Under the pieces are notes generated by a model, which was given only the letters and a program-made list of their open reading frames with translations, did not search any database and was not told the DNA's origin. A stretch of 64,000 nt of DNA from Tagaea sp. (lineage in GTDB: Bacteria; Pseudomonadota; Alphaproteobacteria; CACIAM-22H2). Made by a program: the position numbers and the translations under genes. The stretch is from assembly GCA_965279525.1 (NCBI GenBank), contig CBDIIB010000004.1, forward strand, positions 1,152,001-1,216,000, in the 5' to 3' direction. Every line of letters begins with the position of its first letter. The first letter of the stretch is position 1. This document shows positions 12,766 to 33,851 of this stretch, in pieces.

Positions 12766-13593
12766 CTATTTCGCGTTGCGCCGGCGGACAATCATCTTGT
12801 CCGTCGACTTGTTGTGGCGGGTTTTGTAACCCTTGGTCGGCTGGCCCCACGGGGTCACCGGGTGACGGCCGCCCTTGGTGCGGCCTTCGCCGCCGCCGTG
12901 CGGATGGTCGATCGGGTTCATTGCCGTGCCGCGCACCGTCGGGCGGATGCCCATCCAGCGGCTGCGGCCGGCCTTGCCGATCTTGACGTTCTGCTGGTCG
13001 GGGTTCGAGACCGCGCCGATCGTGGCCCAGCACTCGGCCGAGACCTTGCGCAGCTCACCCGACGAGAGGCGCAGGATCGCGTAACCGGCGTCCTTGCCGA
13101 CGAGCTGGACATAGGTACCGGCGGCGCGGGCCATCTGCCCGCCGCGGCCCGTCTTCAGCTCGACATTGTGCACGATCGTGCCGACCGGAATGCCGCGCAG
13201 CGGCAGCGCGTTGCCCGGCTTGATGTCGACCTTCTCGCCCGAGACGACCTTGTCGCCGGCGGCCATGCGCTGCGGCGCCAGGATGTAGGCCTTCTCGCCG
13301 TCGGCATAGGTCACGAGCGCGATGTACGCCGAACGGTTCGGATCGTACTCGATGCGCTCGACCGTCGCTTCGACGTCGTGCTTCTTCCGCTTGAAGTCGA
13401 CGATGCGGTACTTCTTGCGCGCACCGCCGCCGTGATGGCGCGTGGTGATGCGGCCGAGGTTGTTGCGACCGCCGGTCTTCGCACTACCCTCGACGAGCGG
13501 CTTGTGCGGCTCGCCCTTCCACAGACCCGTACGGTCGACGAGCACCAGCTGGCGCAGGCCGGGGGTCTTGGGTTTGAAACTCTTGAGAGCCAT
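12766..13593 (-). CDS. rplB: 50S ribosomal protein L2
   Basis: [22 protein letters not shown]. Confidence 0.99.
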   Translation of the reverse strand: MALKSFKPKTPGLRQLVLVDRTGLWKGEPHKPLVEGSAKTGGRNNLGRITTRHHGGGARKKYRIVDFKRKKHDVEATVERIEYDPNRSAYIALVTYADGEKAYILAPQRMAAGDKVVSGEKVDIKPGNALPLRGIPVGTIVHNVELKTGRGGQMARAAGTYVQLVGKDAGYAILRLSSGELRKVSAECWATIGAVSNPDQQNVKIGKAGRSRWMGIRPTVRGTAMNPIDHPHGGGEGRTKGGRHPVTPWGQPTKGYKTRHNKSTDKMIVRRRNAK

Positions 13594-13609
13594 TGCCCGA
13601 TCTCTCCGT

Positions 13610-13921
13610 TCAGAGGGTCGCAGTGACGTCGATGGTCTGGCCGGCGGCCAGAGTCACGATCGCCTTCTTCCAGTCGGAGCGCTTGCCGGGGATTCCCTTG
13701 AAGCGCTTGGTCTTGCCCTGGACGACGATCGTGTTGACGGCCTTCACCTTGACCGAGAACAGCGTCTCGACGGCCGCCTTGATCAGCGGCTTGGTCGCGT
13801 CCTCGCGGACCTTGAAGGTCACCTGGTTGTGCTCGGACCCGCGCGTCGCCTTCTCGGTGATCACGGGGGCGAGGATGACGCCGTAGAGCGTCTCCTTCGG
13901 ATATTTCACGACCTTGCTCAC
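13610..13921 (-). CDS. rplW: 50S ribosomal protein L23
   Basis: GTG at 13921 overlapping rplD stop; PVITEKA, KKAIVTL. Confidence 0.96.
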   Translation of the reverse strand: MSKVVKYPKETLYGVILAPVITEKATRGSEHNQVTFKVREDATKPLIKAAVETLFSVKVKAVNTIVVQGKTKRFKGIPGKRSDWKKAIVTLAAGQTIDVTATL

Positions 13922-14538
13922 TTCAGGCGCTCCTGCAGGGCGGCGACGGCCTCGCGCGTCAACACGAGCGTGTCGCGGCGGAGGATGTCGTACACGTTGG
14001 CGCCCTGCTGCGGCAGGACGTCGATGTGCGGGATGTTGCGCGCGGCCTTGGCGAAGTTCTCGTCCACGGCCGGGCCGTCGACGAACAGGGCCGAAGCGAT
14101 GCCCATCTTCTTGAAGCGCTGCGCCAGATCCTTGGTCTTCGGGCCGGAAAGCTTGGTCGTGTCGAGCACGATCAGCTTGCCTTCGGCCTGCTTGGCCGAC
14201 AGCGCCGACTTCAGCGCCAGCTTGCGGACCTTCTTGGGAAGGTCGTGGGCGTGGCTGCGCGGCGTCGGGCCGAAGATGATGGCGCCGTGGCGCCACTGCG
14301 GCGAACGCGTCGAACCCTGGCGCGCGCGCCCCGAGCCCTTCTGCGCCCACGGCCGCTGGCCGCGGCCGGAGACTTCGCCGATTTCCTTGGTGTCGTGCGT
14401 ACCCGCACGGCGCTTGGCGAGCTGGTAGCGCACCATGCGAGCCAGGATATCCGGGCGCGAGGGGAGACCGAAGATCTCCTCTGCGAGATCGATCTCGCCT
14501 GCCGTCCCGTTATCCAGCGTCTTGACCGCGATCTTCAT
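13918..14538 (-). CDS. rplD: 50S ribosomal protein L4
   Basis: [26 protein letters not shown]. Confidence 0.98.
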   Translation of the reverse strand: MKIAVKTLDNGTAGEIDLAEEIFGLPSRPDILARMVRYQLAKRRAGTHDTKEIGEVSGRGQRPWAQKGSGRARQGSTRSPQWRHGAIIFGPTPRSHAHDLPKKVRKLALKSALSAKQAEGKLIVLDTTKLSGPKTKDLAQRFKKMGIASALFVDGPAVDENFAKAARNIPHIDVLPQQGANVYDILRRDTLVLTREAVAALQERLK

Positions 14539-14555
14539 AATCCGCGTTCCTCGTT

Positions 14556-15242
14556 TCAGGCCGCAGCCGCTTTGCGGAGCGACGCAGGCTGCGGCGCTTC
14601 CTTGGGCAGCTTGCGCTTGACCGCATCGCTGACGAACACGAACGAACCCGCCTGGCCCGGGACAGCGCCCCGCACCATGATCAGGCCCTTGTCGGCGTCG
14701 GTCGCGACGATCTTCAGATTCTGCACCGTGATGTTCGCGGTGCCCATGTGGCCGGCCATCTTCTTGCCCTTGAACGTGCGGCCCGGATCCTGGCGCTGGC
14801 CGGTCGAGCCGTGGCTGCGGTGCGCCACCGACACGCCGTGCGAGGCTTCGAGACCCGCGAAGTTCCAGCGCTTCATGACGCCCTGGAAGCCCTTGCCGGT
14901 CGTGGAACCCGCGACGTCGACGAACTGGCCGGCGATGAAATGGTCGGCCAGAAGCTCGGCGCCCACTTCAAGCAGCTTGTCCGCCGGCACGCGGAATTCC
15001 GCGAGCTTGCGCTTGGGTTCGACCTTCGCCTTGGCGAAGTGGCCGCGCAGCGGCTTGCCGACATTCTTGACCTTCGCCTTGCCGACGCCGATCTGGAGGG
15101 CCGTGTAGCCGTCCTTCTCCTGCGTGCGCACTGCGACGACCTGGCAATGATCGAGCTTCAGCACCGTCACGGGGACGTGGCTGCCCTCCTCCGAGAAGAG
15201 GCGGGTCATGCCGATCTTGCGTGCGATAACTCCGGTCCGCAT
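14556..15242 (-). CDS. rplC: 50S ribosomal protein L3
   Basis: [26 protein letters not shown]. Confidence 0.99.
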   Translation of the reverse strand: MRTGVIARKIGMTRLFSEEGSHVPVTVLKLDHCQVVAVRTQEKDGYTALQIGVGKAKVKNVGKPLRGHFAKAKVEPKRKLAEFRVPADKLLEVGAELLADHFIAGQFVDVAGSTTGKGFQGVMKRWNFAGLEASHGVSVAHRSHGSTGQRQDPGRTFKGKKMAGHMGTANITVQNLKIVATDADKGLIMVRGAVPGQAGSFVFVSDAVKRKLPKEAPQPASLRKAAAA

Positions 15243-15263
15243 GGTTTTCTCCGTGCTCCCGGC

Positions 15264-15572
15264 TTACAGCTTGATTTCGACGTCGACGCCGGCGGCGAGG
15301 TCGAGCTTCATCAGCGCGTCCACCGTCTGGGGCGTCGGATCGACGATGTCGAGGAGGCGGCGATGCGTCCGGATCTCGAACTGCTCGCGGCTTTCCTTGT
15401 CGATGTGCGGGCTGCGGTTCACCGTGAAGCGTTCGATGCGCGTCGGCAGCGGGATCGGCCCGCGGACCTGTGCGCCCGTACGCTTGGCGGTGCTGACGAT
15501 CTCGCCCGTCGATTGATCGAGGACGCGATGGTCGAACGCCTTCAGCCGGATGCGGATGCTTTGACTGACCAT
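15264..15572 (-). CDS. rpsJ: 30S ribosomal protein S10
   Basis: ATG at 15572; [17 protein letters not shown]. Confidence 0.98.
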   Translation of the reverse strand: MVSQSIRIRLKAFDHRVLDQSTGEIVSTAKRTGAQVRGPIPLPTRIERFTVNRSPHIDKESREQFEIRTHRRLLDIVDPTPQTVDALMKLDLAAGVDVEIKL

Positions 15573-15618
15573 TTTCTTTCCTGTCGCGCGCCCGAACCGG
15601 CGCGCGCCTGTTGCCTTC

Positions 15619-16809
<1,191 letters not shown>

Positions 16810-16846
16810 GGTGGATGCCTCGAAGAGATTGCGCGGTTATGCGGGG

Positions 16847-17317
16847 TTACCAGCGATAGTGCGAGAAAGCGCGGTTCGCGTCCGCCATGCGGTGCGTGTC
16901 TTCGCGCTTCTTGACGGCGGCACCGCGGTTGTTCGCGGCGTCCATCATCTCGACCGAGAGACGCTCGGTCATCGTGTGCTCCGAACGATCGCGCGCGGCC
17001 GTGATGAGCCAGCGGATCGCGAGAGCCTGTGAGCGCTCCGGACGGACTTCGACCGGAACCTGGTAGGTCGCACCGCCGACGCGGCGCGAGCGGACCTCGA
17101 GGTTCGGCTTCACGTTGTCCAGAGCCTGGTGGAAGACCTTCAGGCCGTCGGCATTGAGCTTCTTGCCGACGATGTCGAGCGCTCCGTAGACGATCGACTC
17201 GGCGACCGAGCGCTTGCCGTCGTACATGAGGCTGTTGGTGAAACGCGAGATGACGAGGTCGCCGAACTTGGGGTCCGGCAGGACTTCCCGGCGCTCGGCG
17301 CGATGGCGACGCGACAT
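16847..17317 (-). CDS. rpsG: 30S ribosomal protein S7
   Basis: [25 protein letters not shown]. Confidence 0.99.
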   Translation of the reverse strand: MSRRHRAERREVLPDPKFGDLVISRFTNSLMYDGKRSVAESIVYGALDIVGKKLNADGLKVFHQALDNVKPNLEVRSRRVGGATYQVPVEVRPERSQALAIRWLITAARDRSEHTMTERLSVEMMDAANNRGAAVKKREDTHRMADANRAFSHYRW

Positions 17318-17335
17318 GGACGATCTCTCCCTGGC

Positions 17336-17707
17336 TTACTTCGGACGCTTGGCGCCGTACTTCGAACGGCGCTGCTTGCGGTCCTTGACGCCCTGCGTGT
17401 CGAGGGTGCCGCGAATGATGTGGTAGCGAACGCCGGGAAGATCCTTCACGCGACCACCGCGGATCATGACGACCGAGTGTTCCTGAAGATTGTGACCTTC
17501 ACCGGGGATGTAGCTCGTCACTTCGAAGCCGTTGGTCAGCCGCACGCGCGCGACCTTGCGCAGCGCGGAGTTCGGCTTCTTCGGCGTCGTGGTGTAGACG
17601 CGCGTGCAGACGCCACGCTTCTGGGGGCTCGCCTCGAGGGCAGGCACCTTGTTGCGGGACGGCTTGTCCGTGCGCCCGTGGCGGATGAGCTGGTTGATCG
17701 TAGGCAT
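17336..17707 (-). CDS. rpsL: 30S ribosomal protein S12
   Basis: MPTINQL start at 17707; [20 protein letters not shown]. Confidence 0.99.
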   Translation of the reverse strand: MPTINQLIRHGRTDKPSRNKVPALEASPQKRGVCTRVYTTTPKKPNSALRKVARVRLTNGFEVTSYIPGEGHNLQEHSVVMIRGGRVKDLPGVRYHIIRGTLDTQGVKDRKQRRSKYGAKRPK

Positions 17708-17987
17708 CCGATCGTATCCTTGCGCTCGCTCTCGAACTCGAATTCGCTTCGTGAACCCGCTTCCGGTTTCCCCCGAGCCATGCGCGAACGCACGAAACGG
17801 AAGCCGCCGGAGGCGGCGTGACAAAAAGTCCCTCGAGACGCGGGGCAGAGCCTTACGTCAGGCGAAGAACTTCGAACTTTTCCGGCCATTTATCGTCTGG
17901 CCGCGACGCAACCTGCATTTCGCCCGGGTACCCGAGTTTCGGACGGCTTCGCGCCCGACGTTCCGGCCCCTCTTGAAAGGCGGGCGG

Positions 17988-18016
17988 AACATAGGATTCG
18001 CCCTCCCCAGTGTCAA
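17988..18016 (-). promoter_or_regulatory. Sigma70 promoter of rpsL operon
   Basis: TTGACA-N17-TATGTT on minus strand. Confidence 0.75.
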
Positions 18017-18091
18017 ATGGAAAAGGAAGATTCTTTCCCGCCATTTCGCCGCACCGCAGCGAAAGCCCGAAACCATTGATCAGAAAGCACA

Positions 18092-18117
18092 ACGGCCGCT
18101 CCTTGCGGAGCGGCCGT
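18092..18117 (-). terminator. Intrinsic terminator after rpoC
   Basis: 11-bp stem ACGGCCGCTCC/GGAGCGGCCGT, 4-nt loop, followed by TGTGCTTTCT on minus strand. Confidence 0.7.
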
Positions 18118-18145
18118 CGAGCCGTTTTGGAGGCTGTCGGAAGGC

Positions 18146-22396
<4,251 letters not shown>

Positions 22397-22446
22397 TCAG
22401 AGGGTGTTGGCGGATGCGACCGACCCCGGCCGCATCCGCAAGGCGA

Positions 22447-26616
<4,170 letters not shown>

Positions 26617-26765
26617 CTCGACCTCATCCGTCCACTTAGGGACCAGGTGCCGCCGCAACCGGCGACACCCCAAAAATCCGTTGCGGGCCTATTCGGGGAG
26701 CCCGCGCCCGACCGGATGCCGGCTCCGCCGCGCGAACGCGACGGAACCGGAACCGGATTTCGGTC

Positions 26766-27149
26766 TTACTTGACTTCGACCTTGGCGCCCTGCTCTTCGA
26801 GCGACTTCTTGATCTTGGCGGCGTCGTCCTTGTTGACGCCTTCCTTGACCACCTTCGGCGCGCCTTCGACGAGGTCCTTGGCTTCCTTGAGGCCCAGGCC
26901 CGTGATTTCGCGCACGACCTTGATCACGTTGATCTTCTTGTCGCCGGCCGAAGCCAGCGTCACCGTGAACTCGGTCTGCTCGGCGGCAGCGGCCGCACCG
27001 GCAGCGGCTGCACCACCGCCGGCGGCGGCAACGGCAACCGGAGCGGCGGCGGAAACGCCCCACTTTTCTTCGAGCATCTTGGTCAGCTCAGCGGCCTCGA
27101 GGACCGTGAGGGTCGACAGTTCGTCAACCAGCTTTGCGAGATCGGCCAT
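26766..27149 (-). CDS. rplL: 50S ribosomal protein L7/L12
   Basis: [30 protein letters not shown]. Confidence 0.99.
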   Translation of the reverse strand: MADLAKLVDELSTLTVLEAAELTKMLEEKWGVSAAAPVAVAAAGGGAAAAGAAAAAEQTEFTVTLASAGDKKINVIKVVREITGLGLKEAKDLVEGAPKVVKEGVNKDDAAKIKKSLEEQGAKVEVK

Positions 27150-27200
27150 TTGAATGTTCTCCTGTTTGGACTTGGATCTTCGGGTTGGGTTGGATCGGCT

Positions 27201-27719
27201 TCAGGCCGCGTCCTGCTTCTTCGCGTAGGCACTGATAACGCGGGCCACCTGTGCCGCAGGGGCACCGATGACGGTCGCGATACGGGTTGCCGGCGCGCTG
27301 AGGAGGCCGAGGAACTTGGCCCGCATCTCCGGAAGGGAGGGTAGGGTCGCAAGCGCCTTGACCGCAGCCACGTCGAGCACGCGCTCGCCGAGGCCGCCGG
27401 CGACGATGGTCAGCTTCTCGTTCTTCGCAGCGTACTCGACCGCGATCTTCGCTGCCGCCACGGGATCCGTGGAGTAGGCGATTGCGGTCGGGCCCGTCAG
27501 CGACGTCCCGAGATGCTGGAACTTCGTCCCGTCCAGTGCACGACGCGTGAGCCGGTTCTTCGCGACTTTGAAGCTGGCCCCGGCTGCGCGCATCTTGCGA
27601 CGCAGTTCGGTCACTTCCGCGACAGTCAAGCCCGCCTGCCGGGTCACGATGACCACGGTTGCGTCCTTGAGCTTGCCGTGAAGCGATTCGACCAGTTCCT
27701 TCTTTTGCGAACGGTCCAC
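27201..27719 (-). CDS. rplJ: 50S ribosomal protein L10
   Basis: GTG at 27719 with AGGAG RBS; GLTVAEVTELR, KVAKNRL, LATLPS. Confidence 0.97.
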   Translation of the reverse strand: MDRSQKKELVESLHGKLKDATVVIVTRQAGLTVAEVTELRRKMRAAGASFKVAKNRLTRRALDGTKFQHLGTSLTGPTAIAYSTDPVAAAKIAVEYAAKNEKLTIVAGGLGERVLDVAAVKALATLPSLPEMRAKFLGLLSAPATRIATVIGAPAAQVARVISAYAKKQDAA

Positions 27720-27895
27720 GATCGTCTCCTGGTTTGCCCCGCCGGCACCATGCCGCCGGGGCCGTTTCACACGAGCCTCGTGCCACCCACCGATCCCCGG
27801 AAGGGGATCGCCGGAACGGCCGAGACCCGGCTCGACCTGTCCCAGAAGTCCAAGTCGGACGCGCCCGGGGGAGACCCGGAAGCGCCGATTTGCCA

Positions 27896-27984
27896 CCTCT
27901 GTCTATGCAGGCCGTTCCCCCGGAGGGGACCGTTTATGCCGTCGGGCCGGAAGGCCTTCGGGCACCTGCAGTCTCGGACAGGAG
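27896..27984 (-). promoter_or_regulatory. L10 leader (rplJL autogenous control element)
   Basis: Minus strand CCGAGACTGCAGG...CCTGCATAGAC pairing in the rplA-rplJ intergenic region, typical of the L10 leader. Confidence 0.7.
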
Positions 27985-28086
27985 CGGATGGTCTCCAGCT
28001 CCCGAAGGAGCGTTCGTCCATCCGCCTGTTCCCCGCCGTGCCTGCGTGAGCAGGCACGACGGAATTCGTTTCGCCCGACCGGCCGC

Positions 28087-28806
28087 TTACGCGGCCTGCT
28101 GCGCGACGGCCATGCCGCCGAACGCCGCGATGTCGAGCTTGAAGCCGGGGCCCATCGTCGATGAGACCGTCGCCTTCTTGATGTAGTTGCCCTTCACGCC
28201 CGACGGGCGCGCGCGCACGATGGCGTCGAGGAACGCCTTCAGGTTCTGCGCGAGCTTGGCGTCGTCGAAGCTGGCCTTGCCGATACCGGCATTGATGTTG
28301 CCGGTCTTGTCGGCGCGGAACTCGACCTGGCCGCCCTTGGCGTCCTTGACGGCCTGGCCGACGTTCGGCGTGACCGTGCCGAGCTTCGGGTTCGGCATCA
28401 GGCCGCGCGGACCCAGCACCTTGCCGAGCTTGCCGACGACGGCCATCATGTCCGGAGCCGCGATGACGCGATCGAAGTTGATCTCGCCCGCGAGCACCTT
28501 CTCGGCGAGGTCGTCGCCGCCGACGAGATCGGCGCCTGCGGCCTGCGCCTCGGCGACCTTGGCGCCCTTGGCGAACACCGCCACGCGCACGGTCTTGCCC
28601 GTGCCGTTCGGCAGCGCGACCATGCCGCGGACCTGCTGGTCCGCCTGGCGCGGATCGATGTTGAGGTTCAGCGAAACCTCGACGGTCTCGTCGAACTTCG
28701 CGGTCGCGCGCGCCTTCATCGACTTCACGGCATCGTCGATCGTGTAGACCTTCTCGATGTCGAGACCGTCATAGGCCTTCTTGATGCGTTTTCCCATGCG
28801 AGCCAT
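28087..28806 (-). CDS. rplA: 50S ribosomal protein L1
   Basis: [28 protein letters not shown]. Confidence 0.99.
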   Translation of the reverse strand: MARMGKRIKKAYDGLDIEKVYTIDDAVKSMKARATAKFDETVEVSLNLNIDPRQADQQVRGMVALPNGTGKTVRVAVFAKGAKVAEAQAAGADLVGGDDLAEKVLAGEINFDRVIAAPDMMAVVGKLGKVLGPRGLMPNPKLGTVTPNVGQAVKDAKGGQVEFRADKTGNINAGIGKASFDDAKLAQNLKAFLDAIVRARPSGVKGNYIKKATVSSTMGPGFKLDIAAFGGMAVAQQAA

Positions 28807-28808
28807 GA

Positions 28809-29240
28809 TCAGCCCTCCACCACGTCGAGACCCATCGAACGGGCCGAGCCGGCGATCATCATCATCGCGGCCTCGACGTCGTTCGCGTTCAGGTCGACCA
28901 TCTTCTTCTCGGCGATCTCGCGCACCTGCGACTTCGTCACCTTGCCGGCCTTGGCGAGACCCGGCGTCTTGGAGCCGGATTCGATCTTGGCGGCCTGCTT
29001 GAGGAAGTACGACACCGGCGGCGTCTTCATGATGAACGTGAACGTGCGGTCGCCGTAGGCCGTGATCACGACCGGAATCGGGATGCCCGCCTCGATCTTC
29101 TGGGTCTGCGCGTTGAACTGCTTGCAGAACTCCATGATGTTCAGGCCGCGTTGGCCCAAAGCGGGGCCGATCGGCGGCGAGGGATTCGCCTTTCCGGCCG
29201 GCACCTGCAGTTTGATGTACCCGACGATCTTCTTTGCCAT
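28809..29240 (-). CDS. rplK: 50S ribosomal protein L11
   Basis: [22 protein letters not shown]. Confidence 0.99.
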   Translation of the reverse strand: MAKKIVGYIKLQVPAGKANPSPPIGPALGQRGLNIMEFCKQFNAQTQKIEAGIPIPVVITAYGDRTFTFIMKTPPVSYFLKQAAKIESGSKTPGLAKAGKVTKSQVREIAEKKMVDLNANDVEAAMMMIAGSARSMGLDVVEG

Positions 29241-29317
29241 CTCACCACTCCTTTGGGCTCCCGGACTGTCCGATAGCGAGGACCACGCCGGTTAGCGCCC
29301 GTTGCAAAATCCGTAAC

Positions 29318-29851
29318 TCAGACCTTCTCGACCTGCCCGTACTCGAGTTCGACCGGCGTGGGCCGGCCGAAGATCGACACCGAAACCTTCAGGCGCGACT
29401 TCTCCTCGTCGATTTCCTCGACCAGGCCGTTGAACGACTGGAACGGCCCGTCGGTCACGCGCACCTGTTCGCCGATCTCGTAGGTGACGGCGGGCTTCGG
29501 TTTCTCGATGCCCTCCTTCATCTGGCGCAGCAGGCGGTCCGCCTCGGCATCCGAGATCGGCTGCGGCTTGCCGCCCGACCCCAGGAAGCCGGTGACCTTC
29601 GGCGTGTTCTTGACGAGGTGCCAGGTCTCGTCCGTCAGGTCCATGCGGGCGAGGACATAGCCCGGGAAGAACTTGCGTTCCGACGAGACCTTCTTGTTGC
29701 CCTTGCGCACCTCGACGACGCTGTCGACCGGCACCATCACTTCCTCGACCAGCGGATCGAGGCCCTTCTGCACGGCCTGCTCCTTGATCGACGAAGCGAC
29801 CTTCTTCTCGAAGCCCGAATAGACGTGCAGCACATACCAACGCATCGCCAT
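29318..29851 (-). CDS. nusG: Transcription factor NusG
   Basis: MAMRWYVLHVYSGFE, FFPGYV, KOW motif DGPF, IFGRPTPVEL. Confidence 0.98.
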   Translation of the reverse strand: MAMRWYVLHVYSGFEKKVASSIKEQAVQKGLDPLVEEVMVPVDSVVEVRKGNKKVSSERKFFPGYVLARMDLTDETWHLVKNTPKVTGFLGSGGKPQPISDAEADRLLRQMKEGIEKPKPAVTYEIGEQVRVTDGPFQSFNGLVEEIDEEKSRLKVSVSIFGRPTPVELEYGQVEKV

Positions 29852-29856
29852 GGCGA

Positions 29857-30069
29857 TCAGCCTCCCAGGCCCAGAATGAGGCGCATTCCCCACGCGATCG
29901 TCGCATCGGCGACGAAAAAGAAGATCGCCGCAAGCACCGACATCACGAACACCATCGCGGTCGTGACGAGCGTCTCCTTGCGGGACGGCCACGAGACCTT
30001 GTGGGCCTCCTGGCGGACCTGGCTGGCGAATTCGGCCGGACCGGTCTTTTGCGTAGCGGGCGGCATCAT
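29857..30069 (-). CDS. secE: Preprotein translocase SecE
   Basis: VRQEAHKVSWPSRKET plus one TM helix; between tRNA-Trp and nusG. Confidence 0.96.
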   Translation of the reverse strand: MMPPATQKTGPAEFASQVRQEAHKVSWPSRKETLVTTAMVFVMSVLAAIFFFVADATIAWGMRLILGLGG

Positions 30070-30110
30070 GCCGTCGTTCCTATCCGTCGTACTTCGTTTC
30101 GACTGTTATC

Positions 30111-30186
30111 TGGCAGGAGTGGGGGGACTCGAACCCACAGCCCCCGGTTTTGGAGACCGGTGCTCTACCAATTGAGCTACACTCCT
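30111..30186 (-). tRNA. tRNA-Trp (CCA)
   Basis: Cloverleaf, anticodon loop CTCCAAA, TTCGA T-loop, encoded CCA end. Confidence 0.97.
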
Positions 30187-30199
30187 AAAGTCTTCCTTC

Positions 30200-31390
<1,191 letters not shown>

Positions 31391-31493
31391 GGTGGCTTCC
31401 GATCGTCCGTTGGTTTGGCGTTGGGTCGGTTAGTTCGGTAGGTCAGCAAGAAAGTCGGTGAGGCGGGATCGCGGCGTCGACAGGCAAAGCAAG

Positions 31494-31567
<74 letters not shown>

Positions 31568-31641
31568 CTGTTTCGTTGCCTTCGTCTCGCTTCGCGTTCG
31601 CACCTCGCTAGAAACTCTTTCGTCTCGTCCGCCCGGACAGG

Positions 31642-31727
<86 letters not shown>

Positions 31728-31870
31728 AACCGTCTGGACCGTTTCGGGCTGACGACAGCCCGCCGTGCATCCCCGGAGGGACAGCCGGTTTGGCTGGTAT
31801 CTGCCTTTGGCGGAGCACCGACCCACCCCGGGATTCTTAGTCTCCGAAGGGCGGTCGACGCGGACCCGGG

Positions 31871-31899
31871 GTTTAATGAGAAAGGGGGCTTGAAGTCAA
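31871..31899 (-). promoter_or_regulatory. Putative sigma70 promoter of tRNA-Tyr-Gly-tuf
   Basis: TTGACT-N17-TTAAAC on minus strand. Confidence 0.55.
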
Positions 31900-32009
31900 T
31901 GCCTAAACCTCACGACAAAACAAGCCGAGCCCCCCAGCCCTCCCGTTTCCGAGACTGGCCGGCGCGCGCGACTTGAATAACTCTACAATACAGCATATTA
32001 AGCGCCCCG

Positions 32010-33257
32010 ATGAGCAAAGGCAAGCACCAGTCCGGCCGCGGCGGTTACGGCACTTCACGCGGCGGCAGGGACGGCGAACGGGGTGACAAGCCCGGCGCCA
32101 AGCGCGGGCCGAACTCGGGCCAGAAGCCCGGTTCCAAAGGCGGATTCGGCGCCAAGCCGGCCCGCGGACCGCGCCCCGAGCGCTTCGAGAAATCCGACCG
32201 GCCGGCCCGGCCGGAACGCTTCGGCAAGCCCGAGCGCCCCGCCCGTCCCGAACGTCCGGCGCGGCCCGAGCGTTTCGGCAAGCCCGAACGCCCCGCCCGC
32301 CCCGAACGTTTCGGCAAGCCCGAGCGCTTCGGCAAGTCCGAGCGTCCCGCCCGCCCCGAACGCTTTGGCAAACAGGAGCGTTTCGGCAAGCCCGACCGTC
32401 CGTTCCGCCCCGAGCGCCCCGCCCGTCCGCCGCGCGAAGTCCGCCCGGAACCCGTCGAACGCGTCCATCGCCCGACCCCGAGCGAGGCCGGCCGGCCGGA
32501 AGCCGGCGGCAACCGCGTTTGGCTCTACGGCATCCATCCCGTTCTGGCGGCCCTCGCCAACCCGAGCCGCAAGGTGCTGCGCATCGCCGTACTTGGCGAG
32601 ATCGAAGCGACCGTCGGCCCGCGCCTGGCCACGCTGGGCGAAACACACCCGACCGGCCTGCCCGAAATCGAGATCCTCGGCCGCGAACTGCTCGACCGGC
32701 TGCTGCCGCGCGCGGCCGTCCATCAGGGCCTCGCCGCCCTCGTCGAGGGGCTGGAAGATCCCGACCTCGAAGACATCGTGCGCGCGACGGACGGCCACGA
32801 CATCGCGCGCGTCGTGGTCCTCGACCAGGTCACCGACCCGCACAATATCGGCGCGATCCTGCGTTCCTGCGCCGGTTTCGGTGTCGCCGCCGTGATCCTG
32901 CCCGAGCGCCATTCGCCGGCGGCCACCGCCGTGATGGCGAAGGCCGCATCGGGTGCCTTGGAGCGCGTGCCGTTCGTGCGCGTGGTCAATCTCGCGCGCG
33001 CACTCGACCGGCTCAAATCCGCGGGCTTCTGGTGCGTGGGCCTTGCCGGCGAAGCGCAGACGCCGATCCATCAGGCCGATCTCACCGGCAAGATCGCGCT
33101 CGTCGTGGGTGCCGAAGGCGAAGGCCTGCGCCGGCTGACGCGCGAGCGTTGCGACCTGCTCGTGCGCATCCCGATGGAAAAAGGCGTGGAAAGCCTCAAC
33201 GTGTCGAACGCCGCGGCGATCGCCCTCTACGAATTGGCACGCCGCACGACCGCTTAG
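32010..33257 (+). CDS. rlmB: 23S rRNA (G2251-2'-O)-methyltransferase RlmB/TrmH family with long repetitive N-terminal extension
   Basis: LYGIHPV, HQG, LDQVTDPHNIGAILRS, GAEGEGLRRL, VESLNVSNAA SPOUT motifs; divergent from tRNA-Tyr. Confidence 0.93.
   Translation: MSKGKHQSGRGGYGTSRGGRDGERGDKPGAKRGPNSGQKPGSKGGFGAKPARGPRPERFEKSDRPARPERFGKPERPARPERPARPERFGKPERPARPERFGKPERFGKSERPARPERFGKQERFGKPDRPFRPERPARPPREVRPEPVERVHRPTPSEAGRPEAGGNRVWLYGIHPVLAALANPSRKVLRIAVLGEIEATVGPRLATLGETHPTGLPEIEILGRELLDRLLPRAAVHQGLAALVEGLEDPDLEDIVRATDGHDIARVVVLDQVTDPHNIGAILRSCAGFGVAAVILPERHSPAATAVMAKAASGALERVPFVRVVNLARALDRLKSAGFWCVGLAGEAQTPIHQADLTGKIALVVGAEGEGLRRLTRERCDLLVRIPMEKGVESLNVSNAAAIALYELARRTTA
32175..32426 (+). repeat. 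In-frame 18-bp tandem repeat, 14 hexapeptide units (PERFGK/PERPAR)
   Basis: Read directly: PERFEK SDRPAR PERFGK PERPAR PERPAR PERFGK PERPAR PERFGK PERFGK SERPAR PERFGK QERFGK PDRPFR PERPAR. Confidence 0.95.
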
Positions 33258-33802
33258 CGCCGCAACGCGCCTTCGACGTATTTCCTGAAATGCGCAGGCT
33301 CGGGCGTGACATAGCCCACGAGCTTGGCTTCCTCATCCCAGCGGCGCAGGCGCAGCGCGTCCTTGGCGAAGCGCTTGGCCGCGAAACGGTCGGCCTCCGC
33401 CTTCGACATCGGCCCGCCCTGCAGCTTCAGCGACAGCACCGAGGCATCCGACAGCCGCTCGGCATAGCCCGGTTCGACCGCGACGAGATAGCGCTTGGCA
33501 TCGACATGCAGCGCCACCGGCCCGACGACGTCCTCGCCGAAATGGCGCAGCAGGAACGCGGCCCCCACCGCCTCGTGCCTTCCGTCGACGCCCTTGTCGG
33601 CGATGTCCTCGCCAAGCCCGTGCAGCAGGTGCCCGACGTCGTGCAGCAAAGCCGCCGCGACGAGGGCGGGGCTCGCGCCTTCCTTTTCGGCGAGCCATGC
33701 GGCCTGCAGCGCATGCTCGCGCTGGCTGATGCCCTCGCCGTAGCCGGCGTGGCCGGCGGGCTGGTCGAAGACGGCGATGAGGCGGTCGACGATGTCGGTC
33801 AT
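33254..33802 (-). CDS. PhnZ/TmpB-like HD-domain diiron oxygenase (phosphonate degradation family)
   Basis: YGEGISQREHALQ, ALLHDVGH, HEAVG, LHVDAKRYL, SLKLQGGPM, LRRWDEEAK. Confidence 0.85.
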   Translation of the reverse strand: MTDIVDRLIAVFDQPAGHAGYGEGISQREHALQAAWLAEKEGASPALVAAALLHDVGHLLHGLGEDIADKGVDGRHEAVGAAFLLRHFGEDVVGPVALHVDAKRYLVAVEPGYAERLSDASVLSLKLQGGPMSKAEADRFAAKRFAKDALRLRRWDEEAKLVGYVTPEPAHFRKYVEGALRR

Positions 33803-33851
33803 GGGCGCTAGTCTATCAGCCAAGAAGCGGACGCGACTAGGGAGAGGCGCC

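Noticed and set aside
15380-15410. S10 loop reads HIDKESR instead of HIDKKSR (tetracycline-related loop)
   Set aside because: An acidic residue occurs naturally here in other bacteria (E. coli NKDAR); no support for resistance
32175-32426. Repeat array as possible CRISPR
   Set aside because: Contiguous in-frame 18-bp coding repeats, no unique spacers, no cas genes
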